From Catajapyx aquilonaris (lineage: Eukaryota), in contig KZ538097.1 of NCBI GenBank assembly GCA_000934665.2, forward strand, positions 124,001-183,759: DNA of 59,759 bases. The letters are read 5' to 3'. Below are positions 35,321 to 48,002 of the stretch, piece by piece. How positions within the stretch are numbered: position 1 is the stretch's first letter; each line of letters opens with the position of its first letter. The notes under the pieces are model-generated. The model was given only the letters and a program-made list of their open reading frames with translations. It had not been told where the DNA came from and did no database searches. A program made the position numbers and the translations under genes.

Positions 35321-35780
35321 CTGATCAAGACGGAATGCAAAGTGGGCGGCGCAGGAGACAACTGAAAGGACGATGACAATATATGGGAAAGCATAGTAGA
35401 GCAGGCCTGCACATGTGGCCTGCAAAAGCGCCAGTGCTGGGAGAAAATTGAGCCCAGCGTAGATGGAGCGACACCCCTGCTGCCACGCAAACCGAAGGGA
35501 GATCCACGGCCTCAGAAGCAGCAACAGCAGTGTTGCAAGGGCATAGAAGACAAAGACCATACTGTAGAGGGGGTAAACAGCTTCATGGGTGCAGTGCAGC
35601 CAGTCCTCATAGTTGGGGTGTGGGTTGAAGAACAGTGGGTACCAGTCAGACAAACGTCGAACACGACATGAGCGGATCCATAGACTTCCAACTGGCTCAC
35701 ACAGCAGTAGGGTGGCCAGAGCAGCACCACCCACTTCCAAGAGGGCACACAGGTGCAAGGGCAAGATCTCTTTGGTGAAA
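35321..35780 (-). CDS. JKAMP: JKAMP coding exon 2
   Basis: tttcag acceptor, ...SLWIRSCRVRRLSDWYPLFFNPHPNYEDWLHCTHEAVYPLY...GLLYYAFPYI...RLDQ, donor gtacag. Confidence 0.95.
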
Positions 35781-36463
35781 CTGAAAGGAAAAAGTCATGA
35801 TTATTCATCACTTGACTTTCTCCCTTGCCTAATAAATCCGCAGCCCGAAAGGGTCAATATGTCATCAAGTAAAATTTTACAGCAGAAAAAGTAGAAACCA
35901 TAATAAGTACAGGAAATCCTTGAGTTGAGTACTACCATCCTAATAGAGGAGGACAACTCATGTGCAAGAACCAACAAGTTCACTGGAAAACGTGCTGTCA
36001 CTGTACTGTATGTCAAGATGTGCTGTGTATTATCATAAAATCAGAGATCTTGAAAAATAAAAGGATGGCTGATCATCTGATAACATGAAAGCCCAGGTAC
36101 ATAATATATGTAGCAATCATTCCAGACAATTAAGTCAATAAATACCTGTGTTAGCTATTGATTCTAACAACTAGTCCACTACTTGCATTGATTTTTTCAT
36201 AATTGTTACATAATTATTATAGGCATGTTCTATGTCCTGTTGGACTCCCATAATCCACTTGAGACTTTCCACCAAGCCCTCTTAAGGTTCATTCACACAG
36301 CCACATCTTTTTGCTAAGCAATCTTTAGAAGCTCCTCTGTGATTGTTAAAAGGAGCTTGAGAAAAGGAAGTGGCTGTGCAAATTGGCCTTTAGAGAAGGA
36401 CTGATCAAAAGTGGAAAGAGAACTATGCAAATGAATGCACTAAGACCAGATATATAACTCTGA

Positions 36464-36590
36464 TGCCTGGTTGCACCAACAAAATTACCAGTCCCATAGC
36501 TCCTAACGGACAGATAGCGCATGTTAAAAGGTCTACCTATCGGTCCGTTAGGAGCTATCGGACAGGTAATTTTGTTGGTGCAACCAGGCA
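36464..36590. mobile_element. PIF/Harbinger-like hairpin MITE
   Basis: TGA|tgcctggttgcaccaacaaaattacc ... ggtaattttgttggtgcaaccaggca|TGA. A degenerate copy lies at about 9913-10012. Confidence 0.8.
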
Positions 36591-37639
36591 TGAACCTCTG
36601 ATTTGGCTGGTGAGTGGCTTAATAACTAGACCACTACATCCCCTTAACCCTGTGAGGCATAGTGTTTGCAATTGCAAACACCCGGAAATATTTTTTCCCA
36701 CCGTAACTGATGGTGTTTGCAAAATAAAAACACATTGGTTGTCTGCTAGCTAATACCATCTATAAGGGACAAACTCAAAACTGCCAAAGAATAAGCAGCT
36801 CTGCTGGATCCGGCCCATTGCAATGGCGTGCTCTTTGACGTTTGCGTGTGCTCATTTGTGCGATTTTCCCCCCTGGGTATCCCTCAAGTCTGAAACTATA
36901 CGACTTTTCTATTACATTGTTGTAGTACATGGTTACCATATAATTATACATGTATCTGTAACCATAGTAACCATACACTACAACAATGTAACAGGAAACT
37001 CCTATGGTTCCAGAACTTGTGGAACACCATGTACATCGACGCCTTTGATAAGTAATTGTGCCATTTTCTCATTCAGAACAGTTTATCGGTTCAGGGAAAA
37101 ATGGAAAGGGGCAGTAATTTGTTTTTGTAAAGCCAACAACTTGTAATATTACAGGTGTTTCCATTTGGGTACATTGCTGTGAGCAATAACAACAATGATT
37201 ATGCACAGATTCAGGTGGCCATGCTCTACAGGCAATGTTGCACTGTGCTGCTGGAAATTATATTTTAAAAGTGTGCTACAGAGTCAAATAAATAGTGTTG
37301 GATGGCAGTTCTTCACTATTATTTGTTACTGTTTTCAAAGGTTCGCTCAATGTGCCATGGTGATGGCAAGATGAAAACACCTCATAACTACATATGTACG
37401 TAAGGAATCACTTTGCTATATTTATTTATATATTTATTTATAATTTTTAGGACCCTTTTTTTCATCTCTGTAGTGTCAGTAACAAAGGAAGTACTCTGTA
37501 TTAAAATCTACCCATTTTACCCCACCTGACCCTACTCATTAGGGTAATTTAAATATATTATTGAATGATTTTTTTGTTTACCCAGTGATAGGCTGGGCCC
37601 GGGACCTTTTTTAAAATTTTTAACGTGGACCATCCAATG

Positions 37640-37892
37640 TATTTGACGCCCTGGTCGTGGGGCAAGGATGACTGGGAGGGGATATGCAGTGTGCAGTGCA
37701 TTGTCGTTCGCAAAGGTCATTTTGTGAGCTGCCCGAGTGGTTAGTCCAGCGAAAATCCCATCCTAGATGAAGCCAGAGACGACCCCCAAACTCCGCACGA
37801 GATGAAAGGGGGAAATTCCTGGGCTTGGGATTGAACTCGGGAGCCTTCCATCCGTGGGCGCATACGTTACCGCAGCGCCACTCTGCCTCACC
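37640..37892 (-). mobile_element. tRNA-derived SINE, family C
   Basis: Reverse complement of the 22856 head (catacgttaccgcagcgccact). Confidence 0.7.
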
Positions 37893-38783
37893 TTATTTAA
37901 TGATTTAATTTGGCCAATTTTGCAGTAACATAAATAAGGAAATTTTAGTAATAATTGGGATTAATTTTCATAAAAGAAACCATAATGGATGATTTTTTAA
38001 ACCAATGTGGTTTTAACCAGCCAACGTTTCTTGAGGGAGCAGTTTTGCATAGAGTGTTGCCAAGAAATCTTTCTGGCATGCAGGCTGTAAATCCCTTCAC
38101 AGACATTAGGTGTCAAAACGCAAGTCTGAGTGAGAAGCATGGTGGTGTAGTTCAGCGGTTCTCAACCGGTGGGGAGCGCCCCCCTTGCGGGGGCATGATG
38201 GAGGAGGGGGCGAATCCAAAAATGAAGTGACTTGAAACATTCCTAACTACTTACTAGACTACTTACAAGTAGTGAAGTAGTCGTAGTGCCTAGATGGGTG
38301 GGAGATGGAGAGGGGGGAAGGAATTACTTTNCCCCCCCAAGTTGGATTAAATAACAAGTGCAAAGAAGATGTGTGATGTAATTTGTTGACTAGCCTTGAC
38401 TAATCACAAAAACCTTGCATCATTTACTCTGTTGCCTGGTTTCACTCGATCTACTATTCCTCAGTTTGTCCTCTCTTAAGCAACCCTGAGTATTTCCACA
38501 TACATTGAGACATTGAGTAGAAATGAATATTACTATCCAAAAAACTTAAGTGCGATATAAAATAATGATTCAATGATACTGATCATTGTACTTACAGTAA
38601 TTGGTAGTGTTGCCTTTGTACCAGAAAGTGGAAAAAAATCCAAGAAGGTACCGACTGCTCAAGCTCCGAGCTTAAGCAGGCTACAGTTAGTACACTTTCA
38701 ACAACCCCCACCCCTAAAAGAAACAAAAAACTACTTAACCTCGAACTTCACGGCCTTAATCCGAATAGGGCCGGGCATCATAT

Positions 38784-39020
38784 AGAGTGTTCCAAGTATC
38801 CCAAGTCCATTTAGTTACTGCAAATTTTTCCCAAAGATGTTATTTTTCTACAGCTTTTTGCACCATGATCAATGTGGCAAATCATAAAGCAGCTGGTATA
38901 TTTGAACACGCTTGAGAATAATTGGGCACCTGGATCAAGGTGCAAAGAGCTATAGAAAAATAACAACTTTGGGAAAAAAATTTGCGGTAACTAAATGGAC
39001 TTGGATACTTGGAACACTCT
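38784..39020. mobile_element. Hairpin MITE (mariner-type termini)
   Basis: agagtgttccaagtatcccaagtccatttagttac / gtaactaaatggacttggatacttggaacactct. Confidence 0.75.
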
Positions 39021-41008
39021 TTATGAGACAACTGTGAAAATTCCATTGGCAAAACCCAATTGTTTTCCTCTAAAGTTATGTGGTTTCTGGGTGGATATCT
39101 AGCTTTTCTACCACTAGAAAATAATACGTAACAAAAGAGTTTTGCATCAATTTAGGCTAAAAAGTTTGGATGTCAAGCATTTTTGCACATTACAAAATAA
39201 TCCCCTAAAATATTGCTCCTGACTTTGACCTCCAATTTTGGCATAGACAGTTTCCTCCAAACTTAGGCAACATTTCTCATCCCAAAATTAGGTCAATGGG
39301 ACTATTTTTAGTCTTAATGTACATGTCAGTAATTGCTTAATTAAAAGTGATTGACCAAGCATCACCCCCAGAATGGGCTATCAGACAGGGCAACATGAAC
39401 TGCTGACAGAGTAAGCCTGGCAAAGATGCTGGGGGAGGGTTGTTTCTTAATCTCTGATGACACCCTGGAGTTTTGCCAGTAACATGACACATACCAAGTC
39501 AAAGGGCATCAATCATCAGACACTCGTATCGGTGCAGGTTGCATCGAAGTGCAGTCGCTTAGGGAAACAAATATTACACAGTTATAGTCCTAGTGCTGTC
39601 ATTGGAATGTACTGACTCCAGCGCCAATATGCGCTTAAAAATTCCATTTTCCTCCTGTGTTCTCGCCTTTGTTTGATTTAATTTAATTTAAAACAATTAT
39701 ATTCCACCTTGCTCGTGCCCCTAGGCAATTGTCTACTCAGCCTATTGGGAAATCCAGAGCTAAATGATTCCCCAACCCATAGTGAGATAATTGTTTATCA
39801 GCTGTGACACAAACTGCCACACCCCTTTAGATCAGCCTGGGATGAGGTCTTTGAATGCAGTTTGGACCATTACACACCAATAACGAAGAGGCCAGCAGGA
39901 CCTTTTCCTGATCTGTTCCACAATTTCCAAAAAATATGAAATGGCACCCATCCAGTTGATGAGAGGAAGGGTTCAGTACTTCAGCAAATTGTGCTCCAAG
40001 ATCTGGAAAAAGCACTGATCCACATATGCCACCAGATGTGGTAATTGATGTTAACAGAATTGTGTTACATATGTCAAGAGTGACTTTTTTGAATGTCAGA
40101 ACCAATCCGCTGTTCCCTCAATGGCAAATGGGCAAAACAGTATGAGAGAACAGCTACAATGGCAACCAACATTGAAGTAATGACAAACAGCAACAACAAA
40201 AAATTCCAACACTCTGCCTTCCCATTAAGGTGATGAGCCAATCACCCTGGCCTTCGGGTTCCGTATGTTCCCAGGAGCACAGGTAGGTGTCACAGGCAAG
40301 ACAGACTATTGTCACTAGGCAGATTATGATGGCAATATTGGAAAAGGGTCTATGCGCAATGATAGAGATTGTATGACGCTTAGCTCAATTCTGGGAATTT
40401 CGATATTAATTAGATCGGTTTCTAAGCAATATTTTGCACAGAATCGTTCGTTTAACCCGCAAACTTCACCGCTACGTTTTGCCTGATCCCTGAGTAGCCG
40501 CATAGAAATAGTTTAGCTGTTATGCAATGTATGGCCTAGAATCAAGAGTCTAGACTATGGGAGCTGCACAGTAGATCTTGTGTGAGTGGCCTTTCAATGC
40601 GGTTCGAATGATATATGCGCCATGGGGCTAACATGTCGCCTTGGCAAGATTTGGATTTTTAAATCTACGATTACGTCATGCATGAGTAATTGATGAGTCA
40701 TGCGACGGGAGTAGCGGCGGAAACTTTTGTTACACCCTGTATCTCTATTAAATGAAGGAATAAGTGTTCCAAAGGTTATGGACAACAAGACAGACAGTCA
40801 GGCAATATAATAAAACTCAGTCTTACAGGTTCAAGTAATATGCTGATTTGTGACCAGAGTGCAAACTTAAATTTGCTCTCCTGAAAAATTACACCTTCGT
40901 GGGTCATCATGTTTTTCCACCACACCCCTCATATGACAACAGCATTTCAAAATATCATCATCTTCCACCACATCTTCCCTTAATTACTATGCACCTGGGC
41001 CAACTGAC

Positions 41009-41442
41009 CTGCGTTGCTTGGCCACGTAGTCGATGCAGAACCAATGCAGCACAAGTGCAATGAGCACCACAAATCCAAGATACAGCCAGTCATAGAGCTG
41101 AGGTGAGTCGGAACAGGGCAGGCAGGCAGATGTTGCATTTGCCCTCCACCCCCGTGGACAAGCTCCACATGCTGACCACCCACCCCCTGAGGCTTGGGAC
41201 AAAGGCCTTCTCCCACAGTAAGCCCCAGGGCACCTGGCAGTTCCCACAGATGCTGTGCCACGCTCCCATGTGTACTGCTGCACTTCCCCACATACGCTGC
41301 TTATCACCATTGGAGAGGAAATGACTAGCGTTACAGCTAGCAGAGCGACCACTCCGCTGCATCTGGCCACACTACTGCTGCCGCTGCCACTGCCTCCACC
41401 ATCAAATGAAACACCACGTCGATTCAGGGTGGCCCTCATCAT
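41009..41442 (-). CDS. JKAMP: JKAMP coding exon 1
   Basis: ATG at 41442 with an in-frame stop upstream. CPGAYCGR...CGACPRGWRANATSACLPCSDSPQLYDWLYLGF...LHWF. Donor ag|gtcagt. Confidence 0.9.
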
Positions 41443-41782
41443 CGCCAGGGCGGGGGGGCCGCCCACAGGCAATCAGAGACGCCATCTCATCCTGTGCATG
41501 AGGTCCTGCTCAAGCGCTTCTGTAACTGGAAATTATTATATTACTTTCAGTTAATAACATAATAGTTGCAGACTTAGGCCATACAATTCAAATGCATAGC
41601 ATAACAGGTCCAATTAAACTAAGACAATTAAATTAATTTGTTGCATAAATTACAAGCATGTCAAAGAAAAACTCTACCTTGCATTAACATCAGTATCTAA
41701 AACAGGGTTTGAAAAAATGTTACATTCCCACCTATTATGCCACTGACGTTCAGCATAATTACGCTATTTAACGCTATTAGTA

Positions 41783-42037
41783 GGGGTGACATGGTGGCGG
41801 AGTGGTTAGCGCCGAAGCCTTCCACCTCTAAGGTCCCGAGTTCGATCCCCGGATCGGACAGAGGATACTTATGTGGATAGAGTTTCGATGGGTTCTCTCC
41901 GCGTTCGCGTGGGTTTTCTCGGGGTTCTCTCGTTTCCTCCCACTAACAAAATCCATCACAGCAAAGGCAATGATTAAAGACAGTTAATTAAGAAGATGAT
42001 CCCCTAAAAAGCCCAAGGAGGCTTATCACGGGGTATC

Positions 42038-42095
<58 letters not shown>

Positions 42096-42100
42096 ATAAT
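41783..42100 (+). mobile_element. tRNA-derived SINE, family B, with (ATT)n tail
   Basis: A-box tggcggagtgg, B-box gagttcgatccc, TSD gctattagta. Confidence 0.88.
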
Positions 42101-42197
42101 GCTATTAGTACAGTACTATACAAATGTTGTCAGTTACTTTGCCCCACGTTTTACCAACTACGTATAATCATGGCCAAATCTCTGGGTCCCTGATGTA

Positions 42198-42345
42198 CAG
42201 TCGCCGACATATTGATTGAATCACTTGCGAGCCGATTTCTAACGTTATCCTGGATATTCAGAGCAATACCGCACAACATCTTGCGAAATCCAGGATAACG
42301 TTAGAAATCGGCTCGCAAGTGATTCAATCAATATGTTGGCGACTG
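42198..42345. mobile_element. Hairpin MITE, TA-flanked
   Basis: TA|cagtcgccgacatattgattgaatcacttgcgagccg ... gttggcgactg|TA, near-perfect arms of about 58 bp. Confidence 0.85.
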
Positions 42346-43249
42346 TACAACATATTTCACACTGAAAACAAATTCACATCTCCTTTCTGAAAGTCAGAAA
42401 AGCCTTGTAAATGGTTATGGCACATGCAAAAATATCTGAGCTACCCTGTCATGGTATTTATCATGGTATTTATATTGGATATGGTATTTCAGCTAGTAAG
42501 ATTGGGTAAACCTCAAAAAGTCTCCCAGAGGCAAGACAATGAAATTCGACACAATTTTTGATTAAGTAATTGGCCCAAAAAATTTTGTGGTAGGAATACA
42601 GTATAAATCACGTTTATCATGTAGTGAATAAAAGAGAGTGGCTATTTGTTGGCACTGAGCTGCTTACTTGTAGCAGTTGCTTTTGTATGCTTTTAATGGT
42701 TATCAAAAGTATTAGTTGCTAATATTAAGTTTCAAAGACTGCAAGGGGGTTTGGCTTGCACGAAGTGGGTTCTCTGACATTGATGTGAGAATCCACGACA
42801 GAATGAGCAACAAAAATCATGCATCTTGTTCAAATATGCCATTCCTAATCAGAAACATTTGTAGTTCAGAGCTGAATGGATGATTCAGTTCGGCATAATA
42901 GCTAAAATAAGCAGTTTAGTACCAAGAAATTGCCATATTAGTTGGACATGTATTATGAATCACCCTGTATATTAAGATTGTACAGGTGTGACACATAGGT
43001 ACAATTGTCAACCAACAATACAATACAATATATTATCCATGTGTCCAGACTTTAGGGTCACAGCCTACTGAAATGAGAGACATTGACGTTCAATGAATAC
43101 TCAGGTGGCCATGTTGGTGCATAGTGATCGAGATTCACTGAACATCTGTGCGGTGCAGGGGACTGCTCATTTCATCATGACATCACACCAAAGCTCACAG
43201 GGCATTTGATTTCACATGACCACTGCAATTTAAACACAAACTACGTGCA

Positions 43250-44543
43250 GACAATTGAACCCCTCCCTCGAAGAATGTGCAATTATTGTTTGAAAAGTAG
43301 TGAGCCTCACTGTGAAGTTGTCCCAGGTGAATGGGACTTTAGCATTTCTCCATGTAGTCCCCCCTTGGAAAATGATGCACTTCTCCCAGCAGTGGTCCAG
43401 CTTTTTGTTCCCTCACAAAAAAATATAATTGAACCCCTTCCTCGAAGAAGGGTGTATGTGCAGTGCATGTGCAATTATTGTTTGAAAAGTACTGACACTA
43501 TACAGGTGAAGGAATTGTCCTAGGTGAATAGTACTTTACGACTTCTCGATATAGTCCCCCTGGAGTGGTCCAGCTTTGCATCCCTTCCAAAAAAAATAAT
43601 CCATTTGTCAAGGTAATCACACCATTCACGGGCAGCATTAATGATGGCGCTGCCACTGTTGAAACGCAGTTATTTCAGGTGTCGCTTCAGTGTTGGGAAC
43701 AGATGATTGTTGGATCCAACTACCGTATTACCTCTCATATTGCGGCATGCCGGTGTAGGCGAGGTCGACCAGTTTTTACAAATGCTTGATCTGGTGGCTA
43801 TACTGGCATGCCAGTATAAGGCAAGGTATGCCGGTATACGGCGAGGTTTTCACATAAGTTACATTATCCTTTCTGAACTTGACATTTGCCTGAAAAGCAA
43901 AATTCACGTAAAGGCTATCAAAAAGGCACATTTTCTGGCAATAATCTCTATTTAAGCAGTATGTTGGAGCAGGGGGTTCCCCTGTCAAAGCAGGCTGACG
44001 ATGGGATTGGTCACACAACCTACATTTTTTATATGCACTGTGCAACAGAAGATGCATATTCTCACAGCTTATACACTCGCCCATTTTCACTGTAACATTA
44101 TTTTAGTATGGTACCAGATGCATTCCAAAAAATTTGGCAAGGATCAAAATTACGGAAATCTACCTCGGTTATTACAGCATGCTGGCCACCCCAGGGTTAC
44201 ACCGGCATACTGGTCGACCTCGTTTTAAACCGGCGTGCCACAATATGAGAGGTAATACGGTATTACCTGTTCCCAACACTCAAACAGCACATGAAAGAAC
44301 TGCGTTTCAACAGTGGTGCCGCCGTCATCATGCTGTTCTTGAATGGTGTGATGACGTTGACAAATATTTTTTTAAAGGGACGCAAAGCTGAACCACTGCT
44401 GGGAGACGCGAATCACACTCCAGGGGGACTACGTAGAGAAGTGATAAAATGACATTAATAGGGGACAACTCCTTCACAGGGCGAATGACTACTTTTCAAA
44501 GAATAATTGCACACACACCCTTCTGGGAGGGAGAGGTTCAATT
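43250..44543. mobile_element. Decayed foldback element with internal duplication, hosting a pogo-like MITE
   Basis: 43428-43702 is the reverse complement of about 44267-44543. 43252-43427 is a tandem duplicate of the left arm start. Confidence 0.6.
43723..44260. mobile_element. pogo/Tigger-like MITE (same family as 12820-13283)
   Basis: TA|ccgtattacctctcatattg ... caatatgagaggtaatacgg|TA. Confidence 0.85.
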
Positions 44544-44899
44544 CTTTGTCAACCTCCAGCTGCCTGCACCAATGTACTTCATGCACGGAGTGTTTTGCAT
44601 ATCCACCTAATTTCCAACACAATATGTACCGTACCACAGTTTTAGTACTGTCAGGTAGCATCCTGACATGAAACCAGTTCCAATAACAGTCATCAGCCAC
44701 CATGCTCTTCATGTATCAATTCAGACGACAACCTCATGGACACAGGGCACCTATTCCACTTGGCAACACAGCCACCTGGGTCGACCACTACCTCCCAACA
44801 CCACAGAAAACCTGTCACACCTCACCAAAACCCTGTGCCTGAATTACCCGTCCTGTTCAAAAGCATCACATCCAGTGTACCTCTAAAGCACCTTTAGGT

Positions 44900-46700
44900 C
44901 CGTCAAGAGCCGTCTTACTTTTTCCTGGTGCCGTCGTCGCTTCCTTCACGCCCCGTTTTCTTGCGCAAAACAGCTGGACGGGGACGAACGGTGGTGCCAT
45001 ACATCCACACGGACAGAACCAGAAGCTCAAGAAAGTAGAGACCCGACCCGACCTGACCAGGCGGTCTGCTTGGGAATGGATTCAATGAAATCGACGGAGG
45101 CGACACCTAACGCGACATGGTCCATTCATATCAGGCGAAAGGTAGCGTAGTACATATAAGTAGCAGTTATTACAATAACAGCTGTACTTAGCTCTACTAG
45201 CAGGCTTGGTTGGGGGTGCCGTAATGGCTGGCCTTCACGTATCTACCTCCCACCAACGTCCAATGTGATGCATCGCAATTGTGCACTGTCCGCTACTACA
45301 TCAGAGTGTCATATACTTTATCCTGCTACCTCTTTTGGTAGCTATTTATAATAAGCCGCTTCCCAAAATGAGCTGGTTTCTTTAATTCGCACAGTTGCTC
45401 ATCGCCTGGCATTCGCGCAACATCTCCCTGATTGGCCCATCCGAGACATGAAACAGCCGCACTCGGATGGTACCTGCAGCAAAATAGAAGCGTGTGAAGG
45501 ATTTTGGCATCGTCATGTTTTGCCTGCCCGGTAGAGGCGCTACAAGTTATCTCTGGGCCGGTGCCAACTTTAGTACGCCGCAGAATCTCAGCGAGCAGAT
45601 GGCTGTACGCATGACCAGGAGGGTGGGTGTGTTTAGGATCAGCGGCGAAGATAAGACGCCGCGGGATGAATGAAAGTACACGGCCGAGATTACGGCGTAT
45701 TCCCCTTATATTTGCGAGCCCTACAATGCGGCGGAAAGTCAGGTATCTGTGTGATAAAATATTATAATATAGGGACCAGAGGGACGCACTACTTATGACT
45801 CCATGGATCGAGTGGCTTGAATGGCAATGAATCCAGCGACACTGGTGGGGATTGATCACATTACTACGTGTTACTACGTGTACGTTGCTAACACCAGACT
45901 TGTAACTAGGCAACCCAGCAAACAATACCGGTTCATTTTATAAAAAGATTCCAAATTAGTTGTGACTCTTTTTCACATCTCTTCCTTTCCCCCTCCCCCC
46001 CGTTGCTGCCGCCCGCCGACCATCCACCCGCCGCCTGCTGAAGACCATCTGGCGGGAGCCCACCGCATCTGTACAAGCGCCAGTGAGGGGTAGGTCCCAC
46101 CATCTGGCCGTTGGAGTCAAAATCAGACCCATTCGCTGCTAGGATTGGTCCTGCTGATGGCTTTAGCCAAGGATATTCTGTAGTAGGGGAGCAGGAGCCT
46201 GGCGGTGGTGGCGGTAGGGTAGAGACCAGAGAGAGCAAGCGGGTAGGGGAGGGGGAGGCACACAGGAGGCCCCAAGAAGAGAAGAGGGCAAGAGGGGGGG
46301 GTGTCACTAGAATCAGCGGCGAAGAAGTGCATCCGAGTTCTGCTCCTGTATTTTTTACTGGCTACGTTTATTGCCGAGACGGACTGACGGAGGGGAAAAG
46401 AGAAGCTTGTGTGTGACCCTCATTGCTGGGGGACAACAACGCGGAGGCTACGGTGCGCTTGAGTGTGTGTGTGTGTGTAGGCGGAGGCAAGCAGGCCCAA
46501 GTGGGAGCGAGGGCAAGCAGAAGAAAATGAAGGCGGGGATGGTGCATCTTTTGGCGAGCTGTTCAGCCTATATGGACCAAAGAGAGTAGGCCCAAGAGGA
46601 GCCACTGCCATCACACAGCAATTGGGCCAACTCAAGGGTGAGGACTAGGGTCAACACTAGGGCTGATGGGTGTGGAGGGCTCAAAAGGACAAGGGTGCTA
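44900..46700. promoter_or_regulatory. CpG-rich divergent promoter and 5' UTR region between JKAMP (-) and wdb (+)
   Basis: Visible CpG/GC enrichment relative to flanks. Minus-strand donor gtaag at 44918, plus-strand donor gtgag at 46638, CCAAT at 45431-45435, X-box-like site at 45902-45914. Confidence 0.65.
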
Positions 46701-47580
46701 TATTACATGTTGGGTCCAAGTGGGATGTACGGTAGTTATATTGGGTATAAGTCAGGTCATGTCCCTGTGGTAGCGTTAAGTGGCAACGAGACTTGCGACA
46801 CTACTATGGTGCTGTGATGAGTTAATTAGATTGCAGAGAAATGTATAAGGAAACATGCAACATGGTATTGAAAGTTGCAAATTGACTTGAGAGAGGGTGG
46901 TCAAGGGAAATGCTCTCCTAGTTCAATTATGTAAACCTGTGATCTTATACTTTATTGCCAGTTTATGCCATGGTACTAGTTAATGAACTGCCAACAAGTC
47001 CCAGCAAAGTAGTTATCACATCTCATCAGATTTCATTTAAAAAATAGTACATTGTATACTTGGATGATTGATTATCCAAGGATGTCTCAAGGAGATGCAA
47101 AATTATTTCTTCAGCACAACATACAGTGACCTGCGTATGTTATAACCTGGATGTATCATACATGGTTATAAATTTTGAATGCAGTTCAAGATGATTGTTA
47201 GCTCTGAAATACCATGTGTTTCATATTTAGCTTATGTCTGTACTGGCAGAAATCTGTGCCTTGACAAGTCCTGTTGGCATCCTGAAGGAGAGAGAGAGAG
47301 AGAGGAAAGGGAGGGAATTTCCAAAGGGGATTCTGCAGGAAAGGTGTGAGTTTCATTCTTCTGACTGATGAAAATGTGATGATCTCATGAATACCAACTT
47401 AGGAGAGTCGGATGCATTTCAATAGACATTGATATAAGCTAAATTATAAAGTGCAAGGGGAAGCATGTAAGTGATTTGTATGAAAAGAGCAAGTGGGATT
47501 TGTAATTAACCTTTAACTGCACATGCTTGAGAATTAATACATTTGATTTCTTGTATGCTATTATTGTGAAAATATTAATA

Positions 47581-48002
47581 CACTGTACTCCCGATTATCC
47601 AGGTACAGATGATTATTATCTGTGCATCACCAAAAAATGAAATTAAAATTAAAGTCCTAAAATAATTTGGAATTTTCGGCCCACTGCTAGATACTGCTAA
47701 CTTGGCAGAATCAGTGCCAACATTAGTACTGCTAAGTTAGCAATAACTAGCAGTGGGATGAAAATTCCACCCAGTCAATATGTCTCGCCAGTGAAGTAAT
47801 ATAAGACTTTTTCTAGAAGACAAAGTAAAACTTTATGGCAAGTTCTATTATTTTGATTCAACCAAGCAACATACTCTCTATGCAGTAGTGTATTAAAAAC
47901 CTGTGAATAGCTCATTTTTACGATGTCTATGACCATTTTCCGATTTTCCATGTTTTTTGGCAACACCCTGGATAATTAGCCGGGATAATCGGTAGTACAG
48001 TG
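47581..48002. mobile_element. Tigger-like MITE with a nested hairpin MITE
   Basis: TA|cactgtactcccgattatcc ... ggataatcggtagtacagtg|TA. Confidence 0.7.

Noticed and set aside
36958..36971. X-box-like gtaaccatagtaac in a JKAMP intron
   Set aside because: It sits in the arm of a small palindromic repeat (about 36912-36991) with no adjacent gene start visible.
41783..41855. tRNA gene candidates (also 7695, 22541, 22856, 26070, 58830)
   Set aside because: The A/B boxes continue into SINE bodies with tails and TSDs, and there is no complete cloverleaf.
45326..45925. 199-aa minus-strand ORF in the divergent promoter
   Set aside because: Non-ATG start and no recognisable domain. An open frame of this length is plausible by chance in GC-rich promoter DNA.
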